Positions 59,105 through 64,000 of a DNA stretch of 64,000 nt are shown piece after piece. The translations under genes and the position numbers were made by a program. The notes under the pieces are model-generated. The model was given only the letters and a program-made list of their open reading frames with translations. It searched no databases and was not told the DNA's origin. This DNA is from Acidobacteriota bacterium (lineage in GTDB: Bacteria > Acidobacteriota > UBA890 > WLXD01): NCBI GenBank assembly GCA_965205505.1, contig CBDBHB010000009.1, positions 1,632,001-1,696,000 on the forward strand, written 5' to 3'. Each line of letters starts with the position of its first letter. Position 1 is the first letter of the stretch.

Positions 59105-59383
59105 CTAGCAGACCGTGGTGAAAGAGTGGTGGGTCTGGTTACGGCGAGTTGGAGCCAGATGCAAGGCGGCCTGACACAGGCGATGCCCTAGCCATCGTCG
59201 TGGAAGGGCAACGCCGCAGATGGCCCCAACTCGCCGTAACCCTTCGGGCGACAGGGGGTTGCGCGCGTATGCTGCGTCGTTCCTCGTCAACGATGGGGTA
59301 ACCATCGCCTTCTCCTCTCTCCTTGCCTCCACTTCGCAAGACCCTGTCGCCAGACCCACCACACTTTCACCACGGCCTGCTAG
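59105..59383. mobile_element. MITE-like element with 34-bp TIRs (2 mismatches), CTAG ends and a structured interior
   Basis: CTAGCAGACCGTGGTGAAAGAGTGGTGGGTCTGG ... CCAGACCCACCACACTTTCACCACGGCCTGCTAG. Confidence 0.85.
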
Positions 59384-59482
59384 AGCTCGGGCGTGCGTTC
59401 CTACTACAGAGTTACGCGCTGAGGCCCGAGGGGTTTCACCGCCGCTGGCGCTTCTGGCGGCTTTGTGACGCGATCTTGTCTG

Positions 59483-62176
59483 TCAGAAGCTCACCGAGTA
59501 CGCCATGCTCAGATTGATACCCATCGCATCGAATCCGGAGCCGTGCATGCGGTAGTTGGTATCGGTAAGGTTGCTGAGCGCGAACACCAGGGTCTGCCGA
59601 TCTGCCAGGGCGTACGTGCCCCGGACTCCGAGCGTCGCCCATCCAGGTGTAGAAGTGAAGAGCGGGCCACCGGCTCGGCTGGCGCCGAGGACGCGGTCGA
59701 TAACCTGATCGAGTGTCTCACCAGTGGCCAAGAGGACCCCGTCCGCCACAAGTCCAAGCCGCGGCCCCTGGTTGTTGAAGAAGTCGGCAATGTCGTCAGC
59801 ATCGCGAAACGCACCAATGCGCGAGTCTTCCAGGTCTCCGGGGTTCAGCCGCGTCTGCGGACGTGCCCCCCTCACCACGGCCTCGATCGACAAGCGTCCG
59901 GATGACGAGTGCCAACGCGCGACCCCGGTGACGTTGTCGGGTGCGATCCTACGCGCGAAAAAGCCCGTATCGAGCTCAGTCCCGCGCTGCAACGAGGCTT
60001 TTAACGTTGTAAGCCAGTGCAGGCCCCACGATTTCTGCGCCAGTAGCTCCAACCCCCATACTCGCAGACGCCCGATGTTGGCCCGAGAGACCACCGGATC
60101 CGGATCGGCGCCGACGAAGATCCGCCCTTCGGTGCCCTGCGCGACGATTGCTTCGCCGCCGATCGTTTGTCCGACCACCGGTTCATCGATGATCACGGTC
60201 CGGCGGGAGATGGCTTCAGAGAACTCGCTGCTGAAGCCGGTGAGCTCGATGCGAACATCGTTGTCGAACCACCGCAGGCCCGCCTCGTAGCTCCATAGCA
60301 CCTCGGGCATCAAGGGGTGCCACGAGCTCCCGGTACGCCTCGCGTCGCGGCCAGCCGAGTCACCGACCACGGCACCGAAGTCGACGGCTTCGGTGGGCGA
60401 GATCTCGAACCCCCCGCCGGTAAGACCGATCTCACCGAGGTCGAACACGGAAGGCGCGCGGAAGCCGCGCGCCACTCGGCCCCAAGCGCTCAGAGTGTCG
60501 CTGGCAGCGTAGTTGGCGCCCAGGTTGAAGGTAAGGTCATCGAACGTGGCCTGCGTGTCGGGCACCAGCGCTTCGCCGCCGATGATGTTGTCGACAGACC
60601 GCGCGCGGTAGCGAAATGCCGAGTATCGGGCGCCGCCCGAGAACAGCAGGCGGCCGCCGACAGCGGTCCACTCATCGAGAACGAAGAAGCCAAGCGAGCG
60701 GTAGGTGGCGCCGTTCGGGACTCGCGGGCGAACGGCGACGGAGATCCCATTGCTCGTTTGCGCTCTGGCGGCGTCGACGTCCTCATCATAGACCTCGACT
60801 CCGCCGCTAAGCAGATGGCTCGCGAACGTCTTGGAGCCGATGACCTCGATGCCGAGCGCGGTGTCCTGGTTGCGCTCGGTGCGCAAGCTGTCGGTCGGAC
60901 GGCGCTGGTCGCGTCGACCGTCGGTCTGCCGGTTGAGCGATAGCGTCACCTCCAGAAACTCGTTGGTGAAGAATCGCGAGTAGCGTAGGTAGCCGAAAGT
61001 GAGCTGTTGAGGATCGAATTCGGCGACCAGACGACCGTCGCCTCCCAGGAGTCGGTCGTAGCGACGTATGTCGTATTGCTCGGATCGCACCAGATAGCCG
61101 GAAAGGGTCCCGGTGGAGCTGGCTTGCAGGTTCACCTTGGCGGTGAGGCCGGCAGCCGAGTACCCCGTGTCACGATAGCGGCCACCAAAGACGTCGCGCA
61201 CCTGCTGGGGAGTGAAGCCGACGAACCGAGTGCTGGAGTGATGCGAATCGATGCCGCCGCCGCCGCGCACGTCGTTGTGCCGACTGGCGTTGGCTGTGAC
61301 GTAGGCTGCCCAATTGCGACTCGATGCACCCAGCGTTGCGCTAGCGCCCCCCCCGTTCGAGGCTGACTCTCCGAAAACGCGGAGGCTACCCGACCACCGC
61401 GTGTGCTCGGGCGTGAATCCGGCCACCGGCTTGCTGATGACATTGACCGCGCCACCCAGCGCGTCACTGCCGTAGTTGACGCCTGCCGGGCCGAGTAGAA
61501 CTTCCACCGAATCGACTGCGGCGTCGGGAATCCAGGCAAGATACTGGGTGTTTCCGGCGCGATAGGTGGCGTTATTGTAGCGCACGCCGTCGAGCAAGTA
61601 GAGAACCGCCTGGGCGCTCTGCCCGCGGAGGATCGGCGAACCCTGCCCCGGCGTGGTCTGCTGCGTCAGGATGCCGGGCTCCTCATCGAGCATCCGTGGC
61701 AGGAGGTCGACCGCCCGTGCCTTGAGGCGAGCTTCGTCGAGTGAGCGAACGGTGGCCGGAATCTTGGTTTCTTCCTGCAGCGTTCCTCGTGCTGCGGTGA
61801 CCGTAACCCGCTCCTCCACACCCGACGGCAGCATGGTCACCTCGACGACGAGCTCCGCCTGCCGCAAGTCGAGCACACGGTACACATCAGTGTAAGAGGT
61901 GCTGATGATCCGAAGCTCGTACGAGCCGCGACGAAGCCCGGCGAGTAACGCCGTCCCAGTCGCGTCCGATGGTGCCTCGCGTACGACCTGGCGCGCTGGT
62001 CCGAGGACCTGCACGAGCAACCCCTCGATCGGCGCTCCCTCGGTATCAAGGGTGAGCACGCGGATCAGCGACGACGGGGTCTGGGCCTCCTGCGCGAGAG
62101 CGAGGAGTGGCGCCGAGACGAGCAACAGCGTCGCCAAGGCCACAGTTCCCAGGGGCACGTTACGGGCTTGAGGCAT
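59483..62176 (-). CDS. TonB-dependent receptor
   Basis: Signal peptide, 'ERVTVTA', plug 'SPILRG..YLLDGVR', 'YGSDALGG', 'GFRAPS', 'NLTD..Y', terminal Phe. Confidence 0.92.
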   Translation of the reverse strand: MPQARNVPLGTVALATLLLVSAPLLALAQEAQTPSSLIRVLTLDTEGAPIEGLLVQVLGPARQVVREAPSDATGTALLAGLRRGSYELRIISTSYTDVYRVLDLRQAELVVEVTMLPSGVEERVTVTAARGTLQEETKIPATVRSLDEARLKARAVDLLPRMLDEEPGILTQQTTPGQGSPILRGQSAQAVLYLLDGVRYNNATYRAGNTQYLAWIPDAAVDSVEVLLGPAGVNYGSDALGGAVNVISKPVAGFTPEHTRWSGSLRVFGESASNGGGASATLGASSRNWAAYVTANASRHNDVRGGGGIDSHHSSTRFVGFTPQQVRDVFGGRYRDTGYSAAGLTAKVNLQASSTGTLSGYLVRSEQYDIRRYDRLLGGDGRLVAEFDPQQLTFGYLRYSRFFTNEFLEVTLSLNRQTDGRRDQRRPTDSLRTERNQDTALGIEVIGSKTFASHLLSGGVEVYDEDVDAARAQTSNGISVAVRPRVPNGATYRSLGFFVLDEWTAVGGRLLFSGGARYSAFRYRARSVDNIIGGEALVPDTQATFDDLTFNLGANYAASDTLSAWGRVARGFRAPSVFDLGEIGLTGGGFEISPTEAVDFGAVVGDSAGRDARRTGSSWHPLMPEVLWSYEAGLRWFDNDVRIELTGFSSEFSEAISRRTVIIDEPVVGQTIGGEAIVAQGTEGRIFVGADPDPVVSRANIGRLRVWGLELLAQKSWGLHWLTTLKASLQRGTELDTGFFARRIAPDNVTGVARWHSSSGRLSIEAVVRGARPQTRLNPGDLEDSRIGAFRDADDIADFFNNQGPRLGLVADGVLLATGETLDQVIDRVLGASRAGGPLFTSTPGWATLGVRGTYALADRQTLVFALSNLTDTNYRMHGSGFDAMGINLSMAYSVSF

Positions 62177-62358
62177 GGTCTATTTCGAGTCTTTGTCGCG
62201 CCGCGGTGGGGGCGCGGAGCATGGATCAAGCACAGAATCACCGTAGCAAACTGAAGTGGACGCTGCGAGGCTGACGGCTCCCCGCTATGCTGGCGCAGCC
62301 CGAAAAACTAACCCCGCACTTCCACCACGGCCTGCAAGCCTGTGTCCGAGGAGTCGCA

Positions 62359-62748
62359 ATGGATCGCCAAAAGGTATCGACCGGCACGCCGTGGGAGCCG
62401 ATCGTCGGGTACTTACGTGCTGTACGCGCTGGCAACAGTGTGTATGTCTCGGGAACCACGGCCACCAATGCTAGCGGAGAGCTTGTGGGCATCGACGACG
62501 TCTACGCGCAAGCCGTGCAAACACTACGCAACGTGCAGGCGGCTTTGGAGGCCGCGGGTGCGACGTTGGCAGACGCGGTGCGCACGCGGATGTACGTTAC
62601 CGACATCGCGTATTGGCAGGAGGTGGGGCGAGCACACGGCGAGTTCTTCGGAGACGTCTTGCCGGCTACGAGCATGGTCGAGATCAGCGGGCTGATTGAC
62701 CCGCGCATGTTGGTGGAGATCGAAGCCGACGCGATCGTTGCTACTTGA
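62359..62748 (+). CDS. RidA/YjgF family protein
   Basis: '[13 protein letters not shown]', 'VSGTTA', 'RTRMYV', 'LVEIEADA'. Confidence 0.92.
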   Translation: MDRQKVSTGTPWEPIVGYLRAVRAGNSVYVSGTTATNASGELVGIDDVYAQAVQTLRNVQAALEAAGATLADAVRTRMYVTDIAYWQEVGRAHGEFFGDVLPATSMVEISGLIDPRMLVEIEADAIVAT

Positions 62749-62758
62749 GGAGGTGCAT

Positions 62759-63691
62759 TTGTTCGAGAGACGACGGTTCGTTGTTGCTGGAGCGGTATCG
62801 GTGTTGCTGTCGCTGCTTCCCCGGGTGGCACACCCGGCGAGTCCAGTTGCCAAGTCGCAGGGCGCGAAGATCTATATCTCAGCCGATCTCGAAGGAGTGA
62901 CGGGGGCGGTCAGCGAGCAGCAACTCGGTACGGGAGGCTTCGAGTACGAGCGCTTCCGCCGTTTCATGACTGACGAGGTGCTGGCGGCAATAGACGGCGC
63001 CCGCGCCGCCGGTGCGGTCGAAATCCTGGTGAGCGACTCGCACGGCAACGGTCAGAACCTGTTGATCGACGAGTTGCCCGATGACGTCATGATCGTCCGC
63101 TCGTGGCCACGCCGGCTGGGCATGATGCACGGGCTCGACAGCACGTTCGATGGTGCGATCTTCATCGGCTATCACGCCGGTACGACCAATTCCGACGGGG
63201 TCCGCGCGCACACCATGTCGAGCGCCACGCTCGCCGACGTACGTATCAACGGCCACTCGGCCAACGAGACCGTCTGGAACGCCGCTATTGCGGGTCATCT
63301 CGGCGTGCCGATTATCGCTATCTCGGGCGACGACGCCACCATCGCCGAGGCTCGGGCAACGCTTGGGGATGGGTTTGAGCCGGCGGTCGTGAAGTGGGCA
63401 CACTCGTTCCACTCGGCCACGATCCTCACGCCCTCGGCCGGGCAGGCGGTTATCCGTGCCGCAGTCGAGCGCGCCGTGCGTCGCATCGATGAGATGGAGC
63501 CGTATCACGTCGACACGCCGGTCACGGTTACGGTGCGGTTCAAGAACTACCGGCCGAGCCAGCTACTGGCGTTCTTGCCGATGTTCGAACGCGTCGATGC
63601 TCACGCGGTACGCTTTGAGGCTTCAGACATGACTGCGGCAGCCCCGATCCTAGGATTCGTTACGGGCTATCGCCCCGACATCACGCCCTGA
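62759..63691 (+). CDS. M55 family D-aminopeptidase
   Basis: 'IYISADLEG', 'DSHG', 'GYHA', 'AHT', 'SGDD'. Confidence 0.92.
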   Translation: MFERRRFVVAGAVSVLLSLLPRVAHPASPVAKSQGAKIYISADLEGVTGAVSEQQLGTGGFEYERFRRFMTDEVLAAIDGARAAGAVEILVSDSHGNGQNLLIDELPDDVMIVRSWPRRLGMMHGLDSTFDGAIFIGYHAGTTNSDGVRAHTMSSATLADVRINGHSANETVWNAAIAGHLGVPIIAISGDDATIAEARATLGDGFEPAVVKWAHSFHSATILTPSAGQAVIRAAVERAVRRIDEMEPYHVDTPVTVTVRFKNYRPSQLLAFLPMFERVDAHAVRFEASDMTAAAPILGFVTGYRPDITP

Positions 63692-63716
63692 GTTCTGGGC
63701 GAGCCGGAGACGCAGT

Positions 63717-64000
63717 GTGCGAATTCGCCGAACGACTCCCATTCTCTGTGCGGTAGGACTCGCGGCTTTTCTCGTAGCTGGTGGGGCCCACGGCCAGGAC
63801 GATACGGCGGCTGAGCTGGCAACCCGTTTGCGCGATCGCATTGATACCGCCGGGCTGCGCGCCCAGGTCAACGCCATCGTCGTACACCCGCGACCTTCGG
63901 GCAGTCTCGGCGAGAGCGCCGCCATCGATCACATCGTCGAAACGCTGCACGGCGCGGGAGTTCCGACCGAGGTTCACGCGTTCTGGGCCTACCTCAGCGA
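63717..64000 (+). CDS. Probable M28-family peptidase, N-terminal part, runs off the window
   Basis: Hand translation: signal peptide then 'HPRPSGSLGESAAIDHIVETL...EVHAFWAYLS'. Confidence 0.55.
   Translation, partial: MRIRRTTPILCAVGLAAFLVAGGAHGQDDTAAELATRLRDRIDTAGLRAQVNAIVVHPRPSGSLGESAAIDHIVETLHGAGVPTEVHAFWAYLS

Noticed and set aside
1-64000. Many long overlapping or antisense ORFs in the six-frame track (for example 5341-6765, 28610-29590, 42281-43237)
   Set aside because: Shadow ORFs expected at high GC opposite well-supported genes; Arg/Pro/Ala-rich and without motifs.

Overview
GC-rich (about 65-67%) bacterial window. The gene content (Tat-signal HisC-like aminotransferases, kinase-TPR protein, TonB receptor, BNR and LVIVD proteins) suggests Acidobacteriota, which is an inference only. 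Most of the window is ordinary metabolism and transport: TRAP and POT transporters, acyl-CoA ligase, Lhr helicase, S1/P1 nuclease, leucine catabolism and peptidases. The main discovery is a 14.5-kb tyrosine-integrase element (25506-40049) inserted into a Ser/Thr kinase-TM-TPR gene. It is flanked by a 17-bp direct repeat (GTACTTCGTCATGGAGT), and precise excision would restore an 839-aa kinase in frame. The att architecture looks intact (core dyad, paired arm-type repeats, a 10-bp phased array, int and xis), while the cargo is decayed (type I RM with a DUF262/DUF1524 gene, primase, two IS3 copies). The integrase ORF runs through its own att site, and attR resembles the 3' half of a CAT-anticodon tRNA. 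Other notable signals are an NHL-repeat gene with an in-frame TGA and a SECIS-like hairpin (candidate selenoprotein), a family of CTAG-flanked structured MITE-like elements, small genes separated by remnants of one repeated unknown ORF, and a tandem duplication of an aminotransferase pair with an identical 122-bp leader. No CRISPR array, rRNA or intact tRNA was seen. All calls come from reading the sequence by eye; no searches were run.
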